From positions 1-36,315 of the forward strand of contig NZ_CALCYR010000174.1 of NCBI RefSeq assembly GCF_937906425.1: DNA of 36,315 nt, in the 5' to 3' direction. Shown one piece after another: positions 1 to 15,400 of the stretch. Under the pieces are notes generated by a model. The model searched no databases. It was not told the origin of the DNA and saw only the letters and a list, made by a program, of their open reading frames with translations. Source of the stretch: an uncultured Methanobrevibacter sp. Lineage in GTDB: Archaea > Methanobacteriota > Methanobacteria > Methanobacteriales > Methanobacteriaceae. The first letter of the stretch is position 1, and each line of letters begins with the position of its first letter. Made by a program: the position numbers and the translations under genes.

Positions 1-3000
1 GAACTGGTTACAATCAATTTCTCACTGTTGTTTTCAACTGCAAGGTAATTGTCATTACCCATGTATTTAGCTGAAATCTCATAGACATCAGAAGCAAGAC
101 CATTAATTACAATGCTTCCTTCACCATTTTCATCCAATTCAACAGCATAAGCAATTCCATCAACCCTTACAAGAACAACTCCATAAACTGGCTCATCAGA
201 GTTACCAATTACCTTAACAGTAATTGTAGCAGGAGTGTTGTAAACATATTCACCGCCAGTGACCTCAAGGACAGCATCACTAGCCTTTTCAACTGCAATG
301 CTTCCTAAAGCATTGGCAACAAGATAGTTGTCACTTACAAATTCTACATAACTTACATAATCACCGGCACTTAGGTTTTCAAATTCAGCTTGACCACTAC
401 CATTAATTACAGTTACATTCTTAACGGTTCCGTTTACATTGATTGTAGCGTTTCCGTTTAAAAGAGCCCCTTCAAGACCGCTTACAGTAATGTTTACAAC
501 AGCCACTTCACCATAATCAATAGTGACATTTTCAACAGCAATGTCAACCTTAGAGTCTGAAGCCTTGCTTACTTCAACAGTCACATTATCCTCAACAATG
601 GAAGGATCATAATCAGTGCTGTTAAACATTACATCAATTGTGTATGTGCCAACATCCAAAATGCCGAAGTTATAAGTTCCTACACCATCAGCAACACTTA
701 CGTCAATCCATTCTCCACCATTAATTCTAATTTGAACGGTTCCGGTAATATTATATCCTTCTGAATCAACAAGACTGATGTTTGCAATAAGATCATTGCC
801 GTAAACAATATCAGAAGCGCTAAGATCAATTATCGCCTTATTGGATTTGACAATAATCAATTCCTCACTGTCGTTTAAAGCAGAGTTATAATTATCATCA
901 CCAAGGAATTTAGCCTCAATGCCATAAGTGCCTGAAGCAAGACCGGTAATGTTAAGATCTCCAATACCATCAACAACACTTACAGCATATCTGGTTCCGT
1001 TAACAACTACAACAACAGTGCCGTTTAAGAGAGTGCCTCCATTAGCAACTACCCTTACAAATACAGTAGCAGGGTTATTGTAGATGTATTCGCCACCAGT
1101 AAGTTCAAGAGTAGCATTAGCCTTAGCAACACTTACAGTACCACTTGCAACAGCGGTTTCGTAGTTATTGGAAATGAATTCAACGCTTGAGACATAATTG
1201 CCAGCTTCCAATCCGGCAAATTCAGCTTGAGCAATACCCTCAGTAACAGTTACAGTTTCACTGTGACCGTTAACTGTAATGGTTGCAGTACCATTCAATA
1301 GAGCACCTTCAAGACCGGTTACAGTAATGTTTACAACAGCCACATCACCATAATCAATAGTGACATTTTCAACAGCAATGTCAACCTTAGAGTCTGAAGC
1401 CTTGCTTACTTCAACAGTCACATTATCCTCAACAATGGAAGGATCATAATCAGTGTTGTTAAACATTACATCAATTGTGTATGTGCCAACATCCAATTTG
1501 CCGAAGTTGTAGCTTCCTACACCATCAGTAACACTTACATCAATCCATTCTCCGCCATTAATTCTAATTTGAACGGTTCCGGTAATATTGTATCCTTCTG
1601 AATCAACAAGACTGATGTTTGCAAGAACATCATTGCCATAAACAACATCCTCAGATACTAAATCAATTATAGCCAATTTGGAACTGGTTACAATCAATTT
1701 CTCACTGTTGTTTTCAACTGCAAGGTAATTGTCATTACCCATGTATTTAGCTGAAATCTCATAGACATCAGAAGCAAGACCATTAATTACAATGCTTCCT
1801 TCACCATTTTCATCCAATTCAACAGCATAAGCAATTCCATCAACCCTTACAAGAACAACTCCATAAACTGGCTCATCAGAGTTACCAATTACCTTAACAG
1901 TAATTGTAGCAGGAGTGTTGTAAACATATTCACCGCCAGTGACCTCAAGGACAGCATCACTAGCCTTTTCAACTGCAATGCTTCCTAAAGCATTGGCAAC
2001 AAGATAGTTGTCACTTACAAATTCTACATAACTTACATAATCACCGGCACTTAGGTTTTCAAATTCAGCTTGACCACTACCATTAATTACAGTTACATTC
2101 TTAACGGTTCCGTTTACATTGATTGTAGCGTTTCCGTTTAAAAGAGCCCCTTCAAGACCGCTTACAGTAATGTTTACAACAGCCACTTCACCATAATCAA
2201 TAGTGACATTTTCAACAGCAATGTCAACCTTAGAGTCTGAAGCCTTGCTTACTTCAACAGTCACATTATCCTCAACAATGGAAGGATCATAATCAGTGCT
2301 GTTAAACATTACATCAATTGTGTATGTGCCAACATCCAAAATGCCGAAGTTATAAGTTCCTACACCATCAGCAACACTTACGTCAATCCATTCTCCACCA
2401 TTAATTCTAATTTGAACGGTTCCGGTAATATTATATCCTTCTGAATCAACAAGACTGATGTTTGCAATAAGATCATTGCCGTAAACAATATCAGAAGCGC
2501 TAAGATCAATTATCGCCTTATTGGATTTGACAATAATCAATTCCTCACTGTCGTTTAAAGCAGAGTTATAATTATCATCACCAAGGAATTTAGCCTCAAT
2601 GCCATAAGTGCCTGAAGCAAGACCGGTAATGTTAAGATCTCCAATACCATCAACAACACTTACAGCATATCTGGTTCCGTTAACAACTACAACAACAGTG
2701 CCGTTTAAGAGAGTGCCTCCATTAGCAACTACCCTTACAAATACAGTAGCAGGGTTATTGTAGATGTATTCGCCACCAGTAAGTTCAAGAGTAGCATTAG
2801 CCTTAGCAACACTTACAGTACCACTTGCAACAGCGGTTTCGTAGTTATTGGAAATGAATTCAACGCTTGAGACATAATTGCCAGCTTCCAATCCGGCAAA
2901 TTCAGCTTGAGCAATACCCTCAGTAACAGTTACAGTTTCACTGTGACCGTTAACTGTAATGGTTGCAGTACCATTCAATAGAGCACCTTCAAGACCGGTT

Positions 3001-3415
3001 ACAGTAATGTTTACAACAGCCACATCACCATAATCAATAGTGACATTTTCAACAGCAATGTCAACCTTAGAGTCTGAAGCCTTGCTTACTTCAACAGTCA
3101 CATTATCCTCAACAATGGAAGGATCATAATCAGTGTTGTTAAACATTACATCAATTGTGTATGTGCCAACATCCAATTTGCCGAAGTTGTAGCTTCCTAC
3201 ACCATCAGTAACACTTACATCAATCCATTCTCCGCCATTAATTCTAATTTGAACGGTTCCGGTAATATTGTATCCTTCTGAATCAACAAGACTGATGTTT
3301 GCAAGAACATCATTGCCATAAACAACATCCTCAGATACTAAATCAATTATAGCCAATTTGGAACTGGTTACAATCAATTTCTCACTGTTGTTTTCAACTG
3401 CAAGGTAATTGTCAT
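1..3415. repeat. Apparently exact 1,680-bp (560-aa) intragenic tandem repeat, at least 2 copies
   Basis: Every line pair I compared between 1-1735 and 1681-3415 was identical (e.g. 1/1681/3361, 61/1741, 841/2521, 1621/3301). Divergence starts at 3416. Inside each unit, ~484-783 recurs almost identically at ~1321-1620 (offset 837). Confidence 0.95.
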
Positions 3416-6400
3416 CTCCATAGTATTTAGCTGAAATCTCATAGACATCAGAAGCTAAACCGCTGATGGAAATGTTTCCTTTACCCTCATTAAGAACAAT
3501 TGCATAATCCATGCCATTAACATTTACAACTACAACTCCATCTAATGCTTCACCGGAATTGCCGCTGACGCTTACATTGACAATGGCAGGCAAGCCATAG
3601 ACATAGCTTCCTCCACTTACTTCAAGTGTAGCATTAGCCTTGGCAACACTTACGGCAGCTGTTCCGCTGACAGCAGTGTAGTTGGCATTTGTAAATTCTG
3701 CAAAGGATATGTAGGTTCCTGCAAGTAAATCTTCAAATTCAGCTTGAGCAAAACCATCAATAACATCTACATTCTTAGTTGTTCCATTAACCTTGATGCT
3801 TACTGTTCCATTAAGACCAATGCCATTCTCATCCTTAACACTTACTTTGACTATAGCCACATCACCATATTTAATGCCTACATCCTCAACAGTGATTATT
3901 GCACTTGCAGCCTTTACGCTTACATTTACACTGTCTTCAACAATGGAAGGATCATATGCAGTGCTATTGAACATTACATCAATTCTGTAAGTGTCAACAG
4001 CTAAGTCAGTGAAGTTATAAGTTCCTACACCCTCAGCAACACTTACATCAATCCAATCTCCGCCATCAATTCTAATTTGAACGGTTCCAGTCAATCCATA
4101 AGTCTCATTATCAACAAGAGTGATGACTGCAGTAATGTTGTTTCCATAAATTACATCTTGAGCAGTTACATCAATGAAGGCGACTTTAGAGCTTGTAATG
4201 ATCAATTTCTCAGTATTGTTTTCAATGGCAGTGTAATTTTCATTTCCGACATATCTTGCACTGATGTTATAAACATCGGAAGCCAATCCATCAATGTCTA
4301 CACTTCCTTCACCATTTTCGTCCAATACAATAGCATAACTAATTCCGCTTACATTAAGGATTACAACACCGGTTAATGCTTCATTTGAATTACCTTTAAC
4401 TTCTACGCTTACAGTGGCTGTGTATCCATATACATAGGTTCCGCCATTTACTATAAGGGTAGGTTCAGCCCTATCCACTGTTACAGTACCGCTTTCAAAT
4501 CCTGCATCATAGTTTTCATTGATGAAGAGAACATCTGAGGTGTATGCGCCTGCAGCAAGACCTGTGAAATTGGCTTGACCTATACCATCGACAACATCCA
4601 CTTCAATAGTTTTTCCATCCACTGTAATGGTTGCAGTACCATTCAATGGAGCTCCTTCAAGACCTGTTACAGTAATGTTTACAGTAGCGTTTTCACCATA
4701 GTAAATTCTTACATCCTCAACTATAATGTCAATGGATGAATCTACCTTAGCAACTGTTACGCTAGTGTTTGCAGTTACATTATCAGGAACAAAGCTTGCA
4801 TTTACAAATTCAACATCAATGGAGTAGACCGCTGCATCCAATTTACCGAAGTTGTAGCTTCCTGCACCATCAGTAACACTTACATCAATCCAATCTCCAC
4901 CATTAATTCTAATTTGAACGGTTCCGCTTAAGTTATATCCTTCACCATCTACAAGACTAATATTTGCAATTACGTTCTTGCCATAAATCACGTCTTGAGA
5001 GCTTACATTAAGAATTGCAAGTTTGGATCTTGTAATGATCAGGTTTTCAGTGTTGTTTTCAACAGGGGCATAATTATCATCACCAATGTATCTTGCAGCA
5101 ATATTATATCTATTTGAAGCAAGACCTGTAATTTCAACACTGCCCTTACCATTTTCATCCAATACAACAGCGTAATCAACATCATTTACATTTACTACAA
5201 CAACACCGCTTAATGCCAAACCATCATTACCTCTTACGGTAAGATTGACTATGGCTACAGTGCCGTATTCATATTCTCCACCAATTACTTCAAGGCTAGC
5301 GTTAACAGCTCTTGCAACTACTACAGAACCTGTTCCATTTGTACTTGTGTAGTTTACATTGCTAAACTCTACATAGGATACATAAGTGCCTGCAAGCAAA
5401 TCAGCGAAATCAGCTTGGGCAACACCCTCAAGAACATTTGCATTCTTAGTTGTTCCATTAACCTTGATGCTTACTGTTCCGTTAAGACCAACACCATTGA
5501 TGTCAGTTACATTGACCTTGACTATAGCCACATCACCATATCCGATGCTTACATCCTCAACCTTAATGATTACTTCATCAGCATAAACATGAACCTCTGT
5601 ACCGTTTACAACAGTTGCAGGATCATATGCATCATTGCTAAAGCTTACATTAATGGTGTAGTTTCCTACAGCCCATTTACCGAGATCAATTTCAAGTTTG
5701 CCATTGTCTATCGCTACATTTTCCCAGCTTCCAATACCTTCAACGGTAATGTTTACAAATCCTGTAATATTGTATCCTTCACCGTCAACAAGGATGATTG
5801 TAGCAGTCACATTGTTTCCGTAAACAAGATCAAGAGCGCTTACACTTATGAATGCATCCTTGGAACTTGTAATATGCAATTTCTCAGTGTTGTTTTCAAC
5901 AGCCTTATAATTCTCATCACCAAGGTATTCTGCACTAATGTCATAGGTGCTTGAAGCAAGTCCCTTAATGTATAATTCTCCAGTTCCATTACTGAGTGTA
6001 ATTGCATATGTGGTTTCATCAACAGAGACAAGAACAGTTCCGTTAAGGAATTCTCCATCATTGCCGGTTACGGTAACATTGATTCTGGCACTTGTGTTGT
6101 AAGGATATGAACCGCCGCTTACATAAAGGCTAGCGTTTTGAGCCTTTCTCACAATCACAGAACCTGAAGCGAAACCAGGAGCATAATTGTCATTAGCAAA
6201 TACTACATTGGAGACATAACTGCCTGCATTCAAGTTTTCAAAGAGAGCTTGACCGGTACCGTTAACAACATTTACATCACGAGTGGTTCCGTTTACGGTA
6301 ATGTTAGCCTTACCGTTAAGTCTTTCATTGTCAATTCCGATAACAGTAATGTTTACAATTGCAATTTCACCATAGGAAATGTCCACATTCTCAACAGTAA

Positions 6401-9400
6401 TGTTCAATTGGTTGTCTCCCATAAGGCTGACACTAGCATTAGTTGTGTCATTTACAAGAGCAGGATCATAATAGGAATCCTCAAATTTAACATCAATTGT
6501 GTAGTTTCCAACAGCCAATGAGCCAAAGTCATAAGTTCCTACACCCTCAGTAACTGTTACATCAATCCATTCACCGCCGTCAATTCTAATTTGAACGGTT
6601 CCAGTCAAGTTGTATCCTTCACCGTCAAGCAATTTGATATGAGCAATCAAAGGATCTCCATAGATTACATTTTCAGCGCTTACATCGATTATTGCTGTCT
6701 TGGAACGTGTAATGTTCAATTTTTCACTGTTGTTTACAACAGCCTTATAATTGTCATCTCCAAGGTATTCTGCACTAATGTCATAAATGTTTGAAGCAAG
6801 TCCGCTAATGTTGACCTCACCTATACCATTTGCAACACTTACAGCATATTTGGTTCCATTAACAATTATTACAACAGTACCGTTAAGCATTGTGCCATCA
6901 TTACCTTTAACTGTCACATTAACATTAGCTAAAGTGCCGTATTCATAATCGCCACCACTAACCTCAAGGACAGCATCAAGTGCCTTAGTAACATTTACAT
7001 ATCCTGCAGCACTTGCAGCGGTATAGTTAGCATTAGTAAATTCAACCTCTGAAACGTATTTGCCAACAGGCAATACTCCAAAGTCTTTTTCTGCCACACC
7101 ATCAGTAACAGTTACAGTTTCACTTTGACCGTTAACTGTAATAATGGCAGTACCATTGAGAGGTGCACCGTCAACACCTGTTACAGTAATGTTTACTCTT
7201 GCATTTGTGCCATATGCAATGCTTATGTTTTCAACTGCAATGACAGGAGCAACAGCCTTAACACTTACATCACAGCTATCATTTACAGGAGCATTATCAT
7301 ACTCCTCATTTACAACTACATTAATGGTGTAGTTTCCTACAGCCCATTTGCCGAGATCAATTTCAAGTTTGCCATTGCCTATCGCTACATTTTCCCAGCT
7401 TCCAATACCTTCAACGCTAATGTTAAGGGTTCCTGTTAAATTGTTTCCTTCACCGTCAACAAGGACAATTGTAGCAGTCACATTGTTTCCATAATCAACA
7501 TCAGAAGCGGTTATGCTTAGATATGCTTTCTTGGAGCTTGTAATGTTAAGCTTTTCACTGTTATTTACAACATTTTCATAATTGCTGTCTCCAATGTAAG
7601 TAGCATTGATGTCATAGATTCCAGAGGCAAGTCCGGCAACATCAAGTTTGCCTTCACCAGAACTGTTTAATACAATAGCATAATCGGTTCCGTTAAGTTT
7701 TACGATTACAACACCAGTTAAATCCTCATTTGAGTTACCTTTAACTTTAACGCTTATTGTAGCGGTGGTGCCATATTCATAATCACCGCCAATTACTTCA
7801 AGTGTAGCATTTGTAGCTCTGATTACTGTTACAGTACCGCTAGCACTTGTGGTTATGTAATTAGGGCCTTCAAATACAATATCGGATATGTATTTTCCAA
7901 CCTCAAGACCTGTGAAGTTTGCTTCAGCAATACCCCCTATTACGGAAACAGGTTTGTTTTCTCCGTTTACAGTAATATTAGCAGAACCGCTAATCAATTG
8001 ACCGGTAGTATTTTTAACAGTAATGTTTACAGTGGCAACACCGCCATACTTGATAGTGATGTTTTCAACTGCAATGACAACATCAGCAGGACTTACAGTT
8101 ACTTCAGTGCTGTTAACAACTTTGGAAGGTTCATAGTAAGTGTCTGCAAAGCTTACATTAATGACATAATCATCTGCATCCCTTACGCCGAAGTTATAAT
8201 CTTTAACACCGTTTTCAACTTCAATTGAAATCCAGCTGACACCATCATCAATACTGATAGAAACAGTACCGTTAAGGAGCTTGCCTTCATCATCAACTAA
8301 TTTTACAGTAGCAATTAAATCCTCACCATAAACCACATCTTCAGCATCTACACTTACAAATGCAATCTTGGATTTTGTAATGTTCAATTTTTCAGTATCA
8401 TTTACAAGATTTGCATAATTCTCATCACCAATGTAAGTAGCATTGATCTCATAGATTCCAGAGGCAAGTCCAGTAATGTTAACTGTTCCTTGACCGCTGG
8501 CATTCAATATGACTGCATAATCTACATTGTTTACAGTAACTATTACAACACCGCTTAAAGCCAGATCATCATTTCCGTGTACACTTACATTTACTTGAGC
8601 AATAGTGCCGTATGGATAGTCTCCGCCAATAACAACAAGGCTAGCGTTAGTAGCCCTATCAACCCTTACAGTACCATAAGCAAGAGTAGTATTGTAATTA
8701 GGGTTTGTAAATACTACTTCAGAGACATAATTTCCAGCAAGTAAAGCAGTGAAGTCTTCATAAGCCACACCATTTGTAACAGTTACAGGTTTGGAAGTAC
8801 CGTTTACAGTAATATTAGCAGAACCGTTAATCACTTGACCTGTAGTGTCTTTAACTGTAATGTTTACACGAGCAGCATCTCCATAATTAATAGTGACATT
8901 TTCAACTGCAATGACAACAGCAGCAGGACTTACAACAAACTCGCCAGTGATTGTCTTAGTGGTGTAATTAGCACAGCCACTGTATACAATTTCAATAGTG
9001 TAGGAGCCTGCATTAGGTTTTACAAGTTTCACTTCAAGTCCATCAGTGCCGATAATCAATACTTTAGTATCCACAATACCTGTACTGTTATTTACAGTTA
9101 CAGTTAATGTGCCGCTTGCACCTTCAGGAACAGTGATTGCAATAGTTTCATCAGCGCCATAAACAATGTCAGGACTGTCTTCACTAATTGCAGGATCAAC
9201 CGGACTTACAACAAATCCGCCAGTGATTGTTTTGGTTTCATAATTAGTATCGCCGGAGTAGACAAGTTCAACTGTGTATTCTCCACCCTCAGGTTTGGAC
9301 TTGCTTACAGTGAAAGTCTTGTCCTCTTCGCTAAGAGTCGCAATAGTGATTGTTTCTCCTACTTGAGTTCCATTTACCTTAACAATGATTGTACCTGTAG

Positions 9401-12400
9401 CGTCACCGGCAATGGTAACTGTGATTTCCTCATCAGCGCCATAAACAATGTCAGGACTGACTTCACTCATAACTACTTCAGCCTTAGTCACTGCAAAGGC
9501 ACCTGTAATGGTCTTGGCATTATAATTGTTGTCACCGGAGTAGATTACAGTAATATTGTGTTGAACATCTACAACAGGCTTGACCATAACAAATACAAGG
9601 TCGCTTACACTATGGTTTCCAATTTCCACCTCATCAACTAAAACCTTAATGGTTCCGGTAGGATCAAGCACGCCTTCAATACCATCAATGCTTACAGTAA
9701 TGGTCTCATCCGCACCATAAACAATTGTAGCTGCACTGGATTGAGTTAATGTCACTTCATTGCGGGCAACAGCAAATTCGCCGCTTACAGACTTATTGGT
9801 GTAATTGCCGTCTCCACTATAGAATGCAGTGAATTCATAGTTTCCAGCTAAAGGAGCTGTAATGTTAAATACAGCTTGATGGTTTTCATCAATGCCTATA
9901 GGAGTGTAATAAGAACCGTTTACAACAAGATAAACTGTACCGGTAGCATCATTAGGAAGAGTGATAGTAATAGTCTCATTCTCACTGTAATCAATGTTAG
10001 GACTGACTTCACTCATTTCAAATGTGTCGTTTTTACTTACAGCAAACTCGCCAGTGATTGTTTTGGTATTATAATTATTGTCACCAGAGTAAGTTACAGT
10101 AATATTGTGTCTTGAATCTACACCAGGTTTTGAAACTGTAAATATAAGTTCCCTATCTCCTGCAATAGCTTCAGTAATGGTGACAGGGTCTAAATCAACT
10201 CCATCAACAGTTACTGTAACTTTACCTGTAGCGCCGCCTGAAATGCTTACATTAATCTTCTCATCATTTCCATATACAATGTCTGGAGAGACTTCGCTTA
10301 ATTGAACATTAATCAAGGTCACTTCAAACTCTGCTGAAGCATTACTGTCAAGATAGTTGTGATCATCTGTGTAGTTTAGGCTTACTGTGTAATTGCCTAC
10401 ATCCAAACCACTTACTTGATAGATATATTCGCTGGTTTCATTAAATGGATCAATCACTTCAGAGCGGATTATTTCATCACTGCTTGCGTTTCTAATAGTT
10501 ATGTTAAGTTTACCGCTTGCATTATAGTTATTCAAGCTAATTGTAATGTTTTCCATTGCAAGATATTCAATTGTTTCAGCACTGACAGCTATTGAAGATG
10601 CAGATTTATATACATTGAATGTTCTTGTAGTCTCTACAACACCATAGTTAGGGTCATTAGGAGTACATGTAATGTTTATTCTATAACCATTTGCAACTTC
10701 AAGATATGGTCTGTCTCCACCTTGGATTACAAAGCTGGCCTTACCTGATTCAATAGCAGCAGATTTAGTATAATCTCCAAATACAATTGAAACTGTACCA
10801 GAGTCAACACCTTCTACATATACAACAAGATTTTGCTCATCATGATAATATGTATCATTTAAATCAATTCTAAGTGTAAGATCTGTTGGGCTAACCTTAA
10901 ATGTGCCACTGATGGAACTTGCATTATAGTTAGTATCTCCACTGTATGAAGCATTTACCTCATATTCTCCAGCGCCAAGTCCTTCAATAGTGAAACTTGC
11001 AACTCCATCTGCACCAATTTCCTTACTCATTTCATAGACAGTGCCATTAACCTTAATGCTTACAAACATGCTAGGTTTTTCTGCACCTGCTACATCAACA
11101 CCACTTACAGTTACATTAATATATTCATTAGCACCATATGTGATGTTTTCAAGTTCAATAGCCATTGCAGGAACTGTTTTGTTAATGTGGAATGGCTCAT
11201 TAGCAGCAATGGAACGATATCTCACATCACCATTATAGCTAGCAAATACTCTGTAATTGCTTGCATTCAAGATTCCTAAATCAAAGCTGACTGCACCATC
11301 TGTTAAGTCTTTAGTTTGTGTAATTATTTCAGTGCCGATATCTACATTAATTGTTACATTACCTGTAGGGTTTACACCGCCTTCAACAGGAAGGACAGTA
11401 ACCCTGATGATTTCATTATTACCATAGGTCAGATTGGAAGGAACAATATTAATTCCTGCAGGATTTGCTTGAGATACAACAAACTCAACTGGCAAATTAT
11501 TCATATCATCATAGTTTGGATCTCCGCTATAACTAGCAGTCACATAATAATTTGCAACATTTAATCCTTCAAATACAATTTGACCATGTCCGCCAGTCAT
11601 GTTTACAGATTTTGTTACTTCGCCAATTTTAATTGTAATGTTACCGCTTACATCACTGTTAGGAATTGTAATGTCAATGACTTCCTCAGCACCGTAAGTA
11701 ATGTTTATTGGACTAATGATAATTGTTGGAGCAATCTTATAAACTTCAAAGTCTGCAGAAAGCTCTTTATCATTATAGTTATCATCATCTACATAATGAG
11801 CAACAACGGTATAATTCTTGATTGCCAATCCTTCAATTGTAAATTCTGCAATACCGTTAACTAAAGCCACTTTGCTGCTTGTGTAGACTGTTGTTTCACT
11901 ATCATTAATCACAAGATATACATTACCGCTTGCGTTTTTATCTCCTACAGTTACAGTAATGATTTCATTTGTACCGAAACTAATATTTGTAGGGCTTACA
12001 GTCATATCAGCAATATCTGCCTTGTTTACCATGAAGTAAGCAAGTTCACTGCTTGCATTATAATCATTGTTACCATTGAATGTAGCGTTTACAACATACT
12101 TTGTGTCCTTGTATACAAGACCGCTTGCATTAAATCTTGCAACACCATTTGAAACCGGAATTGTTTGATTTATCTTTGTACCTTCAATAAAGAGGGTTAC
12201 AAATCCGGAATCAATAAGAATTCCATTTTTACCATATACGGTAACATTGATTAACTCATCATCACCGTATTGAATATCATTTACTTCAATTACTATATTT
12301 GATACTGCCTTATCAACAATAAATGGATTTTTAACCTCTGTTTGCTCGAAGTGCTCATCTCCAGTATAGTTTGCAAATACGAAGTATCTGCCTGCAGGCA

Positions 12401-15400
12401 ATGTCACATTAGTATAACTTAAGTCAAAGGTTAAGTTACGGATATCGCCATCAACACTAGCTTCACTAAGGTTTTTAGTGAAAGTGTAAGTATCGGCAGC
12501 TGTTGAAAGGGTAATTGTTACATTTCCTGTAGCATCATGAGGTGTGATTACACTTACATATTCTGTGTCAGTAAAGTTAATGTCTATAGGTTCAACACTC
12601 ATGAAACTTACAACAAACTCATATTCATCTGTACTGTTTTCATAGTTAGGGTCACCATAATACTCAACTGTAACATTATAAAGACCTAAAGGCAAGTTCT
12701 CAAATATAGAGCTTACACCATGGATATCGGTTTGTGTAAAGTCAGCAATTACTGTACTGTTAACAATTTCATTGCTACTGTTTCTAATTGTAATGTTTAC
12801 ATTACCGTGGACCTTAGGATCGGTAAGAACAACGCTGATTGTCTCATCTTGACTGATTCTAATGTCACGTCCATATACCTCTACATTGGAAACCGCTTTT
12901 GATACATTAAATGAACTGCTTACATTCTTATTTGAGTAGTTTCCAGAACTTATGAAATTAGCTTGAACAAGATAATTGTCTTTTGCATTCAAATCACTTA
13001 AAACAAATATTGCACGACCATTTTCAAGAGTTTGGGTATCTTTAAGTACAGTATCAAGATAGAGTTCAATGCTTCCTGTAGCATCATCTGCAACATAGAC
13101 TTCTATAGTTTCATCATCACAGAATGTAATGTCGGATGCAGATACAGCCATGCCTTCAGGTTGAGCAGGCAATACCTTAAAGCTTCCATCAATTTGCTTA
13201 ATTACATAATTTATATCTCCAGAGTATACAATGGAAATATTATGTTTATCGTCTGCAGAAGGTTTAATGATTGTAAAGCTTAACTCATCCAATCCAATTG
13301 TCCTATTTCCTAAGAGCTGCTCATCAAGGTATAATTTAAAGTTACCTGTAAGGTCTGATTCGACATCATTGATTGTAATTATTAAATTATTACCATAATA
13401 TATTTCAGCATCATAAGAAGCAGTCCATCCGGAATTGATTTTAGATACATTAAAGCTTCCGTTAATGGTTTTGGAATTATAGTTATTGTCACCATTATAG
13501 ATAGCTGAGAAATTATATTCGCCAGCATTCGGTTTGACAATTGTGAATACTGCCTTATTGTCTGTGATTGTAACCGGATCATAGTATGTGCCGTTAACAA
13601 CAAGGGATACAGTTCCGCTTACTGTATCATCAAAGCTGTTAATGGTAATTATTTCATTATTTCCATACTCAATGTTGGAACTGGATTCACTAATGCTGGT
13701 ATCAATCTTGTGAATAATGAAGTATGCAGAATTACTGCTATTATTATAGTTCAAATCATTGAAATATTCAACATTTACCCTATATGTGCCAGCATCAATT
13801 ACATCATTATAGCTCAATTCTTTAGTGCCGGTTGCCATATCGACAGTATCTGTTTTCACTACAGAGCCGTTATTAGCATTGATTATTTGAACTAAAACAC
13901 TGCCGCTTGCATTCACTGCGCTTAAGTTTAATGTAAACTTAAGTTCTTCTTTATAATTGAAGTTTGTAGTGTTTACAGCAATATCAGAAACTGCCTTAGA
14001 GACATTGAAGCTAGTATTGTATTCTTTTGGATTGTAATTTGAATCTCCATTATATGTAACGCTTACATTATACTCGCCAGCTTGGAGATAGTTTGAATCA
14101 CCATTTGGAATAGTTAAACTTGCTCTTCCGCCACTCAATGCAATTGGCTCTCCATACGGTACATCATTAAGTTTAATTGTAACAGTTCCGATAGCATCAT
14201 CAGCAACAAATAGGCTAATGGTTTCAGGGTTTCTATATATAATGTTTTGAGCTGAAACCACCATTGATGAGACATCAGCAAGATCTACCTTAAAGGTCGC
14301 AGTAACTGTCTTAGTAATATAAATATCATCACCGGAGTAGATAACAGTTACATTGTGCTCTGGGTCAGCTGAAGGTTTGACCTTGATAAATATAAGATTG
14401 CTCATACTGTGGTTACCGATTTCCTCACCATCAACTAAAACCTTAATGGTTCCAGTAGGGGCAGGAGCGCCTTGAACACCGGCAATGCTTACAGCAATGT
14501 TTTCATCCGCACCATATATAATGTCTTCAGTTGTTACATTAAGATCAAATGAACTGATTGGAGTAACTTTCATGGTTACTTCAAATGCAACAGTTGTTTC
14601 GTTAGCGTTGAAGTTATTGTCACCACTGTATGTTACATTAATTTCACTGTATTCTCCAATAGGAAGGGAGGTAACATTAACTACAGCAAGTCCATTTGCA
14701 CCAACATCAGCATAATATGGTTCAAAACCATTAACAACAACTTTTACTCTGCCTGTTGCACTGCTATTCAATTGAACATTTATTACTTGATCTGCCATAT
14801 ATTCTGCACTTTCAGGATTAGCTATAGCACTGATTGTAGTGTTGGCCTTTTCTACAGTAAAGCTAGTTTCATTAAATGTAGATTTAAAGTATTCATTTCC
14901 ATTATAGATTGCAGTAATATCATAAGTACCTGGAGACAATTCAGAGATTTCATCTTCCGCTTGAGAACTGCTGTTAAGAGTCTTTTCCCTTCTACCATTC
15001 AAGATAAATGTTACTGTACCGTTTGCACCAGGAACACTTGCAATGGCAGTGGCAGTTTGTCCATAAACAATATCTTCAACGCTTATTGAAAGGTCCACTT
15101 CACGTAAGTTTACAATGAATGTAGTTCTATTGTTTGCAGCTGTGTGATGCTCATCCCCTTCAAATACAGCACTTACCTCATATGTATATGCAGGAAGGTC
15201 ATGTAATGTTAATGTTGCAGTATTGTTCTGAATTTGAACCGGATCATATGTGGTTCCGTTTACAGTGAATGTTACATTACCTGCAAACACAAAGGGTTCA
15301 TTTGGACTTAATGTAGCTGTTATATCAACCTGTTGACCTTCATTGGTCTTTTCAACATTAATATTTAATGTAGTCTCAGCAGTTACATATAACAAACCAG
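1..15400 (-). other. Tandem bacterial-Ig-like domain stalk (~90-95 aa units)
   Basis: Recurring pattern I-x-YG...G-x-V...V-N-G...G-x-A...L-x-x-G-x-Y-x-I/V-x-A-x-Y-x-G-D-x-N-Y throughout, rich in Val/Thr/Asn/Gly. Confidence 0.8.
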
